DNA from: Escherichia phage Ptacy1496
Sequence record: PQ863253.1
Length of the DNA: 64,000 nucleotides
Direction: 5' to 3' (one strand)
Position numbers and translations under genes: made by a program. Positions 31,658-43,528 of the stretch are shown here, piece after piece. Within the stretch, counting starts at the first letter, position 1. Each line of letters begins with the position of its first letter. Below the pieces are notes generated by a model. The model saw nothing but the letters and a program-made list of their open reading frames with translations. It did not search any database and was not told the origin of the DNA.

Positions 31658-32118
31658 AGAGAGTCTCTTAATAGGTTTAACACATCAATAAATTCAGCTT
31701 CGGTTAATATTGTATCATCTTTTGTTAGACCACTAGCCATGCTGTGCTTCAAAACTTTTCCTTTCGAGGCGTGTAATGCATCACGAAAGCCCTTGTTTTG
31801 GATCGCTGCTTCAAAATATGCATTTGTGTATAATTCTTTCCATGCTGGGGAGTATCTTGAAAACGGAACTCCAAGCCAGAAGAGGGTCCCACGGTCCTGA
31901 GCTCTAGCATAAGACCTTCCAGCTTGTTGGGCGGCAAGCCCGGATAACCCAAATATACGACGTTGTTGTTCAGCATTTTTCACCTTGCATCCTTGGAGGA
32001 ATCCTTCAAGACCTCCGAATTGAATACCATCCATGACGAAAGGCCATTGGGCGAAATTACTTAATGCACACGATGGCCATCTAAAATTGCTTCTAATCTC
32101 TAACTCAGACATTTTCAA
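31654..32118 (-). CDS. NADAR (YbiA/DUF1768)-like putative N-glycosidase / ADP-ribosyl hydrolase
   Basis: 154 aa; segment LSNFAQWPFVMDGIQFGGLEGFLQGCKV resembles the YbiA core FSNFAAWPIKVDGKTWPTSEHYFQAQKF. Confidence 0.6.
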   Translation of the reverse strand: MKMSELEIRSNFRWPSCALSNFAQWPFVMDGIQFGGLEGFLQGCKVKNAEQQRRIFGLSGLAAQQAGRSYARAQDRGTLFWLGVPFSRYSPAWKELYTNAYFEAAIQNKGFRDALHASKGKVLKHSMASGLTKDDTILTEAEFIDVLNLLRDSL

Positions 32119-32311
32119 TACTTATAATTTCAACATCAGCCCAATGACCATAGCAAGGAAGACGAAATTCAACTGGCCAGTTAGGGTCCTTTTCTAATAT
32201 AATAGACTTAACTTGTGGTTCTTCATGTTCATCAGTATATGGATTTTTATCTGTTACTTTATATGTGACCTTAATGTACTGAATTCCAAAAATCTTATTA
32301 ATTATATTCAT
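32105..32311 (-). CDS. Hypothetical protein
   Basis: 68 aa ORF in 30.x cluster. Confidence 0.6.
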   Translation of the reverse strand: MNIINKIFGIQYIKVTYKVTDKNPYTDEHEEPQVKSIILEKDPNWPVEFRLPCYGHWADVEIISIENV

Positions 32312-32505
32312 ACTAATTCCTTTAATCCGTAAATAGGAGATAATTCATCACCCATACGAAGGTCTTCATTTCCATCTACCCAGGAAACAATATAAGCCTC
32401 TTTTATTTGAACACCACTCCATTTAAATGGAGGTAGAACCTTAGAAATTAATCCAGGTATACCAACTCCCTTTAATTCAACAGTTTGACCTAAAAAGAAT
32501 TTCAT
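32308..32505 (-). CDS. Hypothetical protein
   Basis: 65 aa ORF in 30.x cluster. Confidence 0.6.
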   Translation of the reverse strand: MKFFLGQTVELKGVGIPGLISKVLPPFKWSGVQIKEAYIVSWVDGNEDLRMGDELSPIYGLKELV

Positions 32506-32843
32506 CAGAACCTCATCTGAAAGCCGTGTGATTTAACATTACCGCCGCCAATATCAGAAATATTAATTTCACGCGCAATTGAAGGGTCAATGTCAATTTC
32601 ACGATTAAGTTTAGCGATAGCTAAAGTATCACGCCCATTTACTGTACGGAATTCTAAAGGACAAACCACATCAACATAATTTTTAATCGATTCACTGGTA
32701 GGTTGCAAATGAGCAGGAAGGTCTTTAGGCGCCTTAGAGAAAACAACTTCACAGAAATTTTTGCGGGTATCAAAATAAGTAGTCATAAACATAGTATTTT
32801 CCTCAGTAAGGGGCCGAAGCCCCTGTTTTATTTTAAATATCAA
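32505..32843 (-). CDS. Hypothetical protein
   Basis: 112 aa ORF; start may be internal Met. Confidence 0.6.
   Translation of the reverse strand: MIFKIKQGLRPLTEENTMFMTTYFDTRKNFCEVVFSKAPKDLPAHLQPTSESIKNYVDVVCPLEFRTVNGRDTLAIAKLNREIDIDPSIAREINISDIGGGNVKSHGFQMRF
32810..32823. terminator. Stable GNRA-type hairpin inside 30.x cluster
   Basis: GGGGC-CGAA-GCCCC; T-run on plus strand side. Confidence 0.45.
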
Positions 32844-33198
32844 ATTCGTTAAGAACTACATCAAAGATTGCTTCAAGATGCTCAGGTTTAGCTCTGTTAC
32901 TCAAAATATGACGAATCCAAGTTTTAACCAGAAGCTTACGATTAGCGCCATTCCAGCAAGGATGGGTCCCTAAATCGCGTTGACGAAAATCATCATCCAG
33001 AGCGATTTTGAAGTTTGAACCTTCCATTGTGATTGAAACCGTGATGCCATTTTCAAATCGCATATAAACGTAGTTAGGAGTCATATACTGTTCAATTTCG
33101 CATACTGATCCATTTTGATGTTTCCAAAGGCAAATAGTATCAATAGAACCTGCAATACCATTAGAAACATATTTACGTTCAAAGTTGATGTAGTTCAT
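32833..33198 (-). CDS. Hypothetical protein
   Basis: 121 aa ORF in 30.x cluster. Confidence 0.65.
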   Translation of the reverse strand: MNYINFERKYVSNGIAGSIDTICLWKHQNGSVCEIEQYMTPNYVYMRFENGITVSITMEGSNFKIALDDDFRQRDLGTHPCWNGANRKLLVKTWIRHILSNRAKPEHLEAIFDVVLNEFDI

Positions 33199-33266
33199 TT
33201 TTATTCTCCAAGATGTTTAATTGCGGTACAGGTATATAATATCATATCCTGTACCAAAGTAAACAA

Positions 33267-33599
33267 TTATTTTACTACTTTCCAATGCTGCATGTCAAGT
33301 TTACCAACTTTTTTCATCTTCTCAATTAAGCGTTCGGCACGTTGGCGAGCTGTAACATAATACCATTCACCTAATTCATTTTGTTCAATTTTTCCAACGA
33401 TTACTGTATTCAATTCATAAATCCAACCAGTAAAGAAATTATGAACTTGAATTGTAAAGGTGAAATCTGTTCCCATACCTTCTGTTGTTTCTACTTCAAT
33501 AATATCACCTTCAACTGCCATTAAGAACCACATAGTTTCATCATATTTACCATTGAAGCATTTAGTTTTAACTGCAGCGTTCAGATTAATCGTTTTCAT
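33267..33599 (-). CDS. Hypothetical protein
   Basis: 110 aa ORF in 30.x cluster. Confidence 0.65.
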   Translation of the reverse strand: MKTINLNAAVKTKCFNGKYDETMWFLMAVEGDIIEVETTEGMGTDFTFTIQVHNFFTGWIYELNTVIVGKIEQNELGEWYYVTARQRAERLIEKMKKVGKLDMQHWKVVK

Positions 33600-33671
33600 T
33601 TTATTCTCCTTTGTTTGTGTAAGATAATACTATCACAAAGGAACCATACTGTAAACAACTTTATGCAATCT

Positions 33672-33705
33672 TTGGAAAATAAAAAAGGACTCCCGAAGGA
33701 GTCCT
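33672..33705 (-). terminator. Terminator after 30.9-type ORF (minus strand)
   Basis: AGGACTCC-CGAA-GGAGTCCT followed on minus strand by UUUUUUAUUUU. Confidence 0.7.
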
Positions 33706-33709
33706 CAAC

Positions 33710-33886
33710 TTATGCTTTCTGCTTACCAAAACGAGAAGCATCATCTCGAAGAACCGCACGTGCTCGGCGCATGATCTTCTCAACAGTTTGATTGATACGA
33801 GAGTTCGACCCACGCTTGTAGCCAGCGCGTTTAGAATCACCAACTTTCTTTTCAACTGCTTTCTTTGCTTTAGCTTGTTTTGCCAT
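33710..33886 (-). CDS. Small basic protein (30.9-type)
   Basis: 58 aa from ATG (MAKQAKAKK...), Lys/Arg-rich; terminator immediately downstream. Confidence 0.65.
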   Translation of the reverse strand: MAKQAKAKKAVEKKVGDSKRAGYKRGSNSRINQTVEKIMRRARAVLRDDASRFGKQKA

Positions 33887-34130
33887 TATAAATTCTCTTT
33901 TAAATGAAAATGCAGGACTTATTGGCATTGCCTGCGCAAGCCCTCAAGGGGAACATAGGTTTTTGGATATTTAACGACCAGGATAACCATAAACCCGTCA
34001 TCATTCACATTCAAGAGGTACACCGTAAAACTGCCGGGGTCTTAAAACTATAATGATTCGCAAATCATTAATCAGACAGTTCGACGGCTCCTCGATTTAG
34101 CTCACACTAAGGCAGTGAATCTCCAATAAA

Positions 34131-34379
34131 TTACTTCAATGTTACCACAAAGTGACGAACTGCTTTTCGCGCAGCAGAAGCCAAAGGCTTAGCATATTTA
34201 AGTTCATCTTTTTCCTGAAGCTCAGCAGCTAATGCAGTTTGAGCAGGATTCAGATGTTTGAAATAACGCAGGATTTCAAGAGCTTCGGCTTCAACATCAA
34301 TAGATGCGCCATAGTTTTCGTGACCATTATTCCATGCGTTTCGTTGCAGTTCAAGAGCGTGTTGTAATTGTTTAATCAT
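34131..34379 (-). CDS. rIII: rIII lysis inhibition accessory protein
   Basis: 82 aa, T4 RIII length and position next to gene 31. Confidence 0.88.
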   Translation of the reverse strand: MIKQLQHALELQRNAWNNGHENYGASIDVEAEALEILRYFKHLNPAQTALAAELQEKDELKYAKPLASAARKAVRHFVVTLK

Positions 34380-34526
34380 TTAAAAATTCTCGTTAGAGAT
34401 TAAAACTCGGTAGTCACGTTCTTCTGAATTTCATCTTCTTTCGACAGATCTCTCAGTTGTAGACTACCACATAGAATTGTTCGGTTAACTTATTATTCCG
34501 ACACCCAATTCATATTATTATTTATA

Positions 34527-34862
34527 TCACTTATAAAGACACGGAATAGCTTTATAGTGACAAGTAACGAATTTTTGTTTAATTTCTTTTGGCTGCTTAA
34601 GACCCAGAGCTACAAAAGGATGCGGAACATTTCGAATTTGACCAACTGGAAGAGAAGTCAAATCACCAACTTCGCAGAAACCTTCAGGAACATCAGGACC
34701 GACAGAGTGAACTACACACAGTTCAGGAACTTCACCTTGAACACGTTTACCGATAATAAGTCCTGATTCTGTAACTTCTTCATCACCGGCTTGTGCAGGT
34801 TCAGAAACTAAAATAACATATTCACCGACAGCACGAATTGGTAGCTGTTGTACTTCAGACAT
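34527..34862 (-). CDS. 31: Co-chaperonin gp31 (GroES analogue for capsid folding)
   Basis: 111 aa, T4 gp31 length. Confidence 0.92.
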
Positions 34863-34918
34863 CGTTTTTCCTTTTTGTTAACAGATGAATTAATAATAAC
34901 AAATAATTCTTAAAGCAT

Positions 34919-35227
34919 TTATTTACCAATAAATTGGAGCAAATGCTCAACTTTCATACCATTAACGGAAATCAATTTGTCAATAGAAAAACCTCGCCAT
35001 GCACCAAGTTCAACATCAAATACTGGAATCATGTCAGTAGATTCTTTCCGAGTAGATTCAGTCAATTTACCAGTTTGCATGGTTGGCATAAAGTCTGCAT
35101 CACGAGTACCTTTCATAGTACGAATAGTACCATCAGACTTTTCAAAAACTACGTTTGAAACACCCATGGACAATTTGGTTTTCAAAATTTCGCGAATTGC
35201 TACTTTCTGCTCAGTTGTCAGTTTCAT
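34919..35227 (-). CDS. Hypothetical protein (31.1 position)
   Basis: 102 aa ORF. Confidence 0.7.
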   Translation of the reverse strand: MKLTTEQKVAIREILKTKLSMGVSNVVFEKSDGTIRTMKGTRDADFMPTMQTGKLTESTRKESTDMIPVFDVELGAWRGFSIDKLISVNGMKVEHLLQFIGK

Positions 35228-35464
35228 TTATTTACCTATTACAGTTTTAATATGAGTTGTTCCACGTTCTTTAAGGGTGGAAAGTAATTTTTGGCATTTT
35301 TCTAAATCAGATTTCCAACTATATGGTCTATCAATACTAGTCCAATCAGTTTTATAATACTGTTTCCATTTAGAGAAAAAATATTTCTTATACTCTACAG
35401 CAAACGAGATGTTCTCGTTAGAATAAGAACTAATTGCTGTAAGCTTTACCAAACGAAATTTCAT
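35228..35464 (-). CDS. Hypothetical protein (31.2 position)
   Basis: 78 aa ORF. Confidence 0.65.
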   Translation of the reverse strand: MKFRLVKLTAISSYSNENISFAVEYKKYFFSKWKQYYKTDWTSIDRPYSWKSDLEKCQKLLSTLKERGTTHIKTVIGK

Positions 35465-36045
35465 TATTCACCACAGAATTCGTTGATATTTTCCCAGTTT
35501 AACTTATTCAAGTTTTTCTTAGGAACATTAAACACTTCAATACCTGCATTTCGCAGAATATCATCCCAGCCAGGTTTATTTTTATCGTATGTTTCACAAT
35601 AAACCAACTTTTTAATTCCAGATTGAGCTATTGCTTTTGCACAATCTGGGCAAGGAGAAAGTGTTACATACATAGTAGCACCTTCAATTGAAGAACCATT
35701 TCGTGCAGCAAACAAAATCGCATTTAGTTCAGCATGAATTTCATTTTTAGACGACCATTCAGAGTGAGCGCTACGATGTTCTTTCGCCAATACAAAACGA
35801 TCAGTTGAACCAAATGATACACATTCGGGTTTATGACCTTGGATAATAGTATGTTTAGGTTTATTCAGCAACCAACCTTGCTCGGCAGCATAATCACAGC
35901 AGTTCACACCACCAGCAGGTGAACCATTATATCCGGTAGAAATAATACGTCCATTCTTTTCAATTACTGCTCCTACCTTCCAGGAGCAACATTTTGATTC
36001 TTGTGATACTAAATATGCAATTTGAAGTACTGTACTCGCTTTCAT
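35464..36045 (-). CDS. cd: dCMP deaminase
   Basis: 193 aa; zinc-binding HAELNA and PCPDC motifs. Confidence 0.95.
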   Translation of the reverse strand: MKASTVLQIAYLVSQESKCCSWKVGAVIEKNGRIISTGYNGSPAGGVNCCDYAAEQGWLLNKPKHTIIQGHKPECVSFGSTDRFVLAKEHRSAHSEWSSKNEIHAELNAILFAARNGSSIEGATMYVTLSPCPDCAKAIAQSGIKKLVYCETYDKNKPGWDDILRNAGIEVFNVPKKNLNKLNWENINEFCGE

Positions 36046-36380
36046 TTCATAATCACCAGATAAGCAGATTTAGCAGTTTCAACACGATAAATTTCATGAC
36101 GAAGTTTAGTTATACTTTTAATAACAGAACTAATTATATTCTGCCCATCTTTAAAGCGGTTTTTCTTGTCAATAAAAATTGCGCCAACCATCTTTTTGTG
36201 AAGCTCAACTGGATACTTCGTCACAATAATAGCATCATATACAGAAGGATGAATACTATTTACTAGAGTGTCATTCATTAAAGTTATTCTAATGAACTGT
36301 GCTGTTTCAGAGTCAAGCGCTCTATGATCGCCAGTATCATTTTCAAGACAATTATCAATTATATCAGTTAAATTCATCAT
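36042..36380 (-). CDS. Hypothetical protein (cd.1 position)
   Basis: 112 aa ORF. Confidence 0.65.
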   Translation of the reverse strand: MMNLTDIIDNCLENDTGDHRALDSETAQFIRITLMNDTLVNSIHPSVYDAIIVTKYPVELHKKMVGAIFIDKKNRFKDGQNIISSVIKSITKLRHEIYRVETAKSAYLVIMK

Positions 36381-36616
36381 AGTACGCCATACACCCTTTG
36401 TGCTTCAACTAATCCATCAAAATCCAGTTTAAGATGCGATATTTGATCGCCATCACCTGGATTCACAATTACTAATACTGAACGAGGAGTTTCGGTAATA
36501 ACACGAACCGATGTTTCAGGAAATCGTTCAGAAACCTTATTTACCAATTCCTGAGCAAATAGTTTAACTTTTTCTTGGAATTCTTTAACAGTAATTGATT
36601 TTTCACTTAGCAGCAT
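36377..36616 (-). CDS. Hypothetical protein (cd.2 position)
   Basis: 79 aa from internal ATG with SD TGAGGAAAA (ORF track extends to 36712, overlapping upstream gene). Confidence 0.6.
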   Translation of the reverse strand: MLLSEKSITVKEFQEKVKLFAQELVNKVSERFPETSVRVITETPRSVLVIVNPGDGDQISHLKLDFDGLVEAQRVYGVL

Positions 36617-36677
36617 TTTGTTTTCCTCATTTGTTTGGTAGAGCCATAATATCACAACTCTACCGTAAAGTAAACTA

Positions 36678-36953
36678 TTAAATCGCTTTGAATTCCGCAG
36701 TTTGAGATTCAAAGCGAATGTCGCCTTTGATAACTAACTCAACATCAAGACCGAATACGACAATGATATGCGCGGAACCTGGATACAGCGTAATGGCAAC
36801 AGAATCCACCTGGTCTGGAAGCAAAGTGTTCAATACATGAGTCACTTGAGCATGGATTCGAAGTTCAGATGCGTTATCAAGCTTTTCAAACATATTATTA
36901 GCGATAATTTGACTAAACACTACTTCTACGATTTTAGAATAAGTCGGAAACAT
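36678..36953 (-). CDS. Hypothetical protein (cd.3 position)
   Basis: 91 aa; SD GAGGT 5 nt before ATG. Confidence 0.65.
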   Translation of the reverse strand: MFPTYSKIVEVVFSQIIANNMFEKLDNASELRIHAQVTHVLNTLLPDQVDSVAITLYPGSAHIIVVFGLDVELVIKGDIRFESQTAEFKAI

Positions 36954-36955
36954 AT

Positions 36956-37156
36956 TTACCTCACATAATTTTCTTCAAGCCAATCAATAACATCCAACGC
37001 ATTATCAAAAGTTGAACCATCTACTTTGTCTTCTGTTTCATAATCAAGAACATCTAAACCTACTCTTCCATTAACAATAGGCCATAAACAAAACAGGTAT
37101 TTCTTTTCTTTTTCAATTTTATCGCAAAGATGATAAATTTTTTCTATGTTATTCAT
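36956..37156 (-). CDS. Hypothetical protein (cd.4 position)
   Basis: 66 aa ORF. Confidence 0.6.
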   Translation of the reverse strand: MNNIEKIYHLCDKIEKEKKYLFCLWPIVNGRVGLDVLDYETEDKVDGSTFDNALDVIDWLEENYVR

Positions 37157-37345
37157 AAGTTTTCCATGGTAAAGGCAGTTTAGTTTTCTTTACTGTTAGT
37201 TCAACATCAGGATTCTTTTCTCTTAATTTAAGGCATTCCTCCCAAGCTCTGATTTCACTAGTGAATACACAAAATTGCCCATTACTAGTACCGACTAAAC
37301 CACTATTTACAATAATAATAGCCCAAGTTTCATGATGCCACGCCA

Positions 37346-37346
<1 letters not shown>
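37149..37346 (-). CDS. Hypothetical protein (cd.5 position)
   Basis: 65 aa ORF. Confidence 0.6.
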
Positions 37347-38571
<1,225 letters not shown>

Positions 38572-38805
38572 TTATTTTTTCTCAACTAATGATTGAATAT
38601 AATCATGCAGATCTTTAGATGCTTTGCCCCACTTATTTTGGTATTCATTTTTAAGATTAGCACGTGATTGAGCCAATAAAACATCATTAGTTGGAGGTAA
38701 AGATTCTAATCGCTGAATCTGGCGTCCATAAATCATTGCAGCCATCTCGGATTCATAAATCAATCCTTTAAGATGTTCAAATTGATGCCATGAAATCATT
38801 TGCAT
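38572..38805 (-). CDS. Hypothetical protein
   Basis: 77 aa ORF. Confidence 0.6.
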   Translation of the reverse strand: MQMISWHQFEHLKGLIYESEMAAMIYGRQIQRLESLPPTNDVLLAQSRANLKNEYQNKWGKASKDLHDYIQSLVEKK

Positions 38806-39095
38806 TTATCCTCTTTTAACTCTTGACGATAATAACATATCATAGTTTTCTGGTCATGTACATATCGTTTTACATCATTAAGCCAAATACGGAATTCCTG
38901 AGAATCTTCAAATGGCATACCGACCCAAGCTTTACCATCGATAACTTTAACTTGCCAAGATAGTTTAGCTTCGTCATATGACTTTATTTGTACAGGCCAA
39001 TTAGGATGAACTGTTTCTTTCTTTACTTCTAGAGGCTTTGTCGAACAACCAACTAGAAGACCAATAGATAATATTACTGCTGATAGTTTAATCAT
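38796..39095 (-). CDS. Putative outer-membrane spanin (o-spanin, Rz1 equivalent) lipoprotein
   Basis: 99 aa; signal peptide with lipobox LLVGC-S; immediately downstream of i-spanin candidate. Confidence 0.65.
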   Translation of the reverse strand: MIKLSAVILSIGLLVGCSTKPLEVKKETVHPNWPVQIKSYDEAKLSWQVKVIDGKAWVGMPFEDSQEFRIWLNDVKRYVHDQKTMICYYRQELKEDKCK

Positions 39096-39445
39096 TTAGA
39101 AAGGTCCTGGATGTCTTCTGCGAACTTGTTGAAGGAGTTGTTGATTTGTTTTTCAACCAATCCTGGCTTATGAGCCACCACATCCGCCTTCTTTGCGTCT
39201 TTGCGCAGTTTTTCATTTTCACGCTCAATAGCAGCAATTGCCTCACGATTTTTATTATTCATCGCATCAATATAATTATACTGAATTCGCAAATTATTTA
39301 ATGCTAAGGCGTTTTCATTGGCCGTTTTTGTAATTTCAGTAACTGATGTTTCTAATCTTTCTACCTTATTTTTTAAAATTAAAGAAGTTCCGCCCAATGC
39401 AATTACAATTAATAACAAGCCTGCTGTAAAATTACTTACATGCAT
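39092..39445 (-). CDS. Putative inner-membrane spanin (i-spanin, Rz equivalent)
   Basis: 117 aa; N-terminal TM helix (AGLLLIVIALGG) followed by coiled-coil-like periplasmic region. Confidence 0.6.
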   Translation of the reverse strand: MHVSNFTAGLLLIVIALGGTSLILKNKVERLETSVTEITKTANENALALNNLRIQYNYIDAMNNKNREAIAAIERENEKLRKDAKKADVVAHKPGLVEKQINNSFNKFAEDIQDLSK

Positions 39446-39939
39446 AAAGTTTTAATAACCTCTATAATATCGTCTTGAGAAAGACCGTTAATTAAAATAT
39501 GATGTTCAGCTGGAGATTTAGAAATTTTAAAGCATGCCTCAACATCTTCTGCCATATCCGATGCACTACGATTTGGATTACTAATCCCAAGGCGATGTTT
39601 TCCCGTCAAAGGATTAACGATGATATAGCATTTGCAGCTATTGATATGAACATTGGGTTGAGTCTGATTAATGAACACATCGCAATCATATTTCGCAAGC
39701 TGATTTTCTAAAAAGACTTTCATCTCCTCAACCGCATCAGGAAGCATATCACGGGCTTGCTCAAGACGACGATTTCGATATTCTTTAATGGTCGTTTTCC
39801 GCTTGACTTGCTTAGCTAAATCTTTCTTAAGATCGGTGATATATCCAACTCGACGGTTTCCTTTAAATACAGAAATCCCATCTGTAGTATCACCGTATGC
39901 TTCAACGACCATTTCAGTAGTAATGAGCTGCAAATCCAT
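39436..39939 (-). CDS. alc: Alc, inhibitor of host transcription on cytosine-containing DNA
   Basis: 167 aa from second Met, T4 Alc length; early promoter upstream. Confidence 0.9.
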   Translation of the reverse strand: MDLQLITTEMVVEAYGDTTDGISVFKGNRRVGYITDLKKDLAKQVKRKTTIKEYRNRRLEQARDMLPDAVEEMKVFLENQLAKYDCDVFINQTQPNVHINSCKCYIIVNPLTGKHRLGISNPNRSASDMAEDVEACFKISKSPAEHHILINGLSQDDIIEVIKTLCM

Positions 39940-39970
39940 CATAAAGTCCTCATGTTATGTCAGTAAGACT

Positions 39971-40000
39971 ACTGTAACACAACACGAGGGACTTGTAAAC
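39971..40000 (-). promoter_or_regulatory. T4-type early promoter upstream of alc
   Basis: Minus strand GTTTAC ... TACAGT, near-identical copy of the block at 24690-24742. Confidence 0.7.
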
Positions 40001-40003
40001 AGC

Positions 40004-41588
<1,585 letters not shown>

Positions 41589-41591
<3 letters not shown>

Positions 41592-41613
41592 AATAAAATG
41601 GGCCTTGCGGCCC
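41589..41613 (-). terminator. Hairpin between nrdB and denA
   Basis: TGGGCC-TTGC-GGCCCA with A/U-rich flank. Confidence 0.5.
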
Positions 41614-41618
41614 ACTCC

Positions 41619-42797
41619 TTAAAAGTATTTTTTAAAACTCATCATAACTTTATCATCAACGTCATTATCAATCTGTGCTACAAGATAAGATGACAGTTCT
41701 ACTTCTTGTGGCGCGGATTGAACATTATCAGAATTAAGATATTCACGAATCCAAGGATACGGATGTTTAACCGGAGCATCGGTAATTGGGCATGGAAGAC
41801 CACACTGTTTCATACGAGATACAGTTAAGTAATCAATAAAGCTCCACATGCTATTTGTATTTAATCCAGGAACATCGCCATCTTTAAATAAATGAACCGC
41901 CCAATCTTTTTCTTGGCGGTTAACTTCCATGAAAATATCAACTGCTTCTTGTTCACACTCTTGGGCAATTTTAACCCATTCATCGCCATCAGTGCCAAGT
42001 TGAAGTTGACGAATAATATATTGAGTACCTTTAAGGTGAAGTTGCTCATCGCGCGCAATGAACTTCATAATCTTGGCATTACCTTCCATGATTTCCATGT
42101 TCTTATGGAAGTTAAAGGTACATGCGAAAGATACATAAAAACGAATAGCTTCCAATGCGTTGATTACGTGCAGGCAGAGGTAAAGAGATTTCATTAGCTC
42201 ACGCTTCCAATATGTCTCATGCTCAATAGCATCTTCAATAACGTCTTCGTCTGCATTAATTTCTTTTTGGTATTCGATATCAGCTTTAGCGTTTTCCCAA
42301 TAACGAGTTTTAATTAGAACATCATCATAATAACGTCCAATTGATTCAGCACGTTTCATAATAGCTTCATCTAGTACAATCTCATCAAATACCTTCGATG
42401 GATCAGTATAAAGATTTCGCATGATATGAGTATATGAACGGCTGTGAATAGTTTCACTAAAAGTCCATGTAGCAACCCATGTATCAAGACTTGGGTCTGA
42501 AATTAATGACATAAGTACAGCAGATGGCGCACGACCCTGAATGCTATCCAAAAGTGATTGATACTTCAAGTTATTAGTAAAAATATTCTGCTGATACTGA
42601 GGAAGTTTATTAAATTGTGCAGCATCCATCATTAAGTTTACTTCTTCCGGGCGCCAGAAGAATGATAAAGACTTCTCAGTAAGTTCTTCAAATACTCTAT
42701 GTCGTTGAATATCATAACGCGCAATACCAAGACCTGAACCAAAAAACATAGGTTCTTTTAAAACATCAACTGGATTTGTATTAAAAACTGTAGACAT
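41619..42797 (-). CDS. nrdB: Ribonucleotide reductase small subunit NrdB (uninterrupted, no intron)
   Basis: about 392 aa continuous ORF with diiron ligand motifs; start overlaps stop of upstream HNH gene. Confidence 0.92.
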   Translation of the reverse strand: MSTVFNTNPVDVLKEPMFFGSGLGIARYDIQRHRVFEELTEKSLSFFWRPEEVNLMMDAAQFNKLPQYQQNIFTNNLKYQSLLDSIQGRAPSAVLMSLISDPSLDTWVATWTFSETIHSRSYTHIMRNLYTDPSKVFDEIVLDEAIMKRAESIGRYYDDVLIKTRYWENAKADIEYQKEINADEDVIEDAIEHETYWKRELMKSLYLCLHVINALEAIRFYVSFACTFNFHKNMEIMEGNAKIMKFIARDEQLHLKGTQYIIRQLQLGTDGDEWVKIAQECEQEAVDIFMEVNRQEKDWAVHLFKDGDVPGLNTNSMWSFIDYLTVSRMKQCGLPCPITDAPVKHPYPWIREYLNSDNVQSAPQEVELSSYLVAQIDNDVDDKVMMSFKKYF

Positions 42798-43528
42798 TAA
42801 TTTTTCCTCTTTAAAATTCTGCCGTGTTTCCAACCTGGCGGTATAATATCATCTTTACCTATAAGCGTGCATTCACTTCCGTTATTAATCCATTTCTTAC
42901 CGCGGATTCCTTTATAATCTCTTGGTTTTATTTTGTCAAACTTTGCATCAAGTTGATATGACCATCTAAATCCATAAGCATATTGAAATTTACCCTCGGC
43001 ACAATATTTGATATTTGACCCGTTTCCATTAACTGACCGGGACGCTGCCGCAATAGAGTGAAAGGTTTCTATGAAATCCCCATCTAATGAGAATTTATGT
43101 ATTTCTACAGATGGGCACGCATATCTATTCACGTTAGATACATGCTGTTTAGTTTCGTTTTTATGATGCTTGCCTAGCATCCCTTTAGGATGAGGATTAT
43201 TTTTCCAATATTTCTTAAAGAACTCAGAATTAGCTTTAGCAAATAATTTTCTGTGTAAGCTGTACAATCTGTTATTAATTCTATTGCCAGCTTTATCTGT
43301 TGCCATTAACGTTAACGCAGAGGCAAGACCAAAATGACCTTCATTTATCTTACATAGTAATAGATGAGCTATAAAATGTTCTCTGGCTGTTAATTCAACT
43401 AAATTTTCCTTATCATCAGAACCTCCCATACATTTAGGGATTATATGATGTGTCTCTTTATATTCTAGTAAAGATTCCCGAGCCTGAGCTCGGGAAATTA
43501 GGTCGTTATAGATTTTTTGATAATTCAT
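42797..43528 (-). CDS. mobE: HNH homing endonuclease, mobE-like (between nrdA and nrdB)
   Basis: 243 aa; HNH motif THHIIPKCMGGSDDKENLVELTAREHFIAH; same intergenic position as T4 mobE. Confidence 0.8.
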   Translation of the reverse strand: MNYQKIYNDLISRAQARESLLEYKETHHIIPKCMGGSDDKENLVELTAREHFIAHLLLCKINEGHFGLASALTLMATDKAGNRINNRLYSLHRKLFAKANSEFFKKYWKNNPHPKGMLGKHHKNETKQHVSNVNRYACPSVEIHKFSLDGDFIETFHSIAAASRSVNGNGSNIKYCAEGKFQYAYGFRWSYQLDAKFDKIKPRDYKGIRGKKWINNGSECTLIGKDDIIPPGWKHGRILKRKN

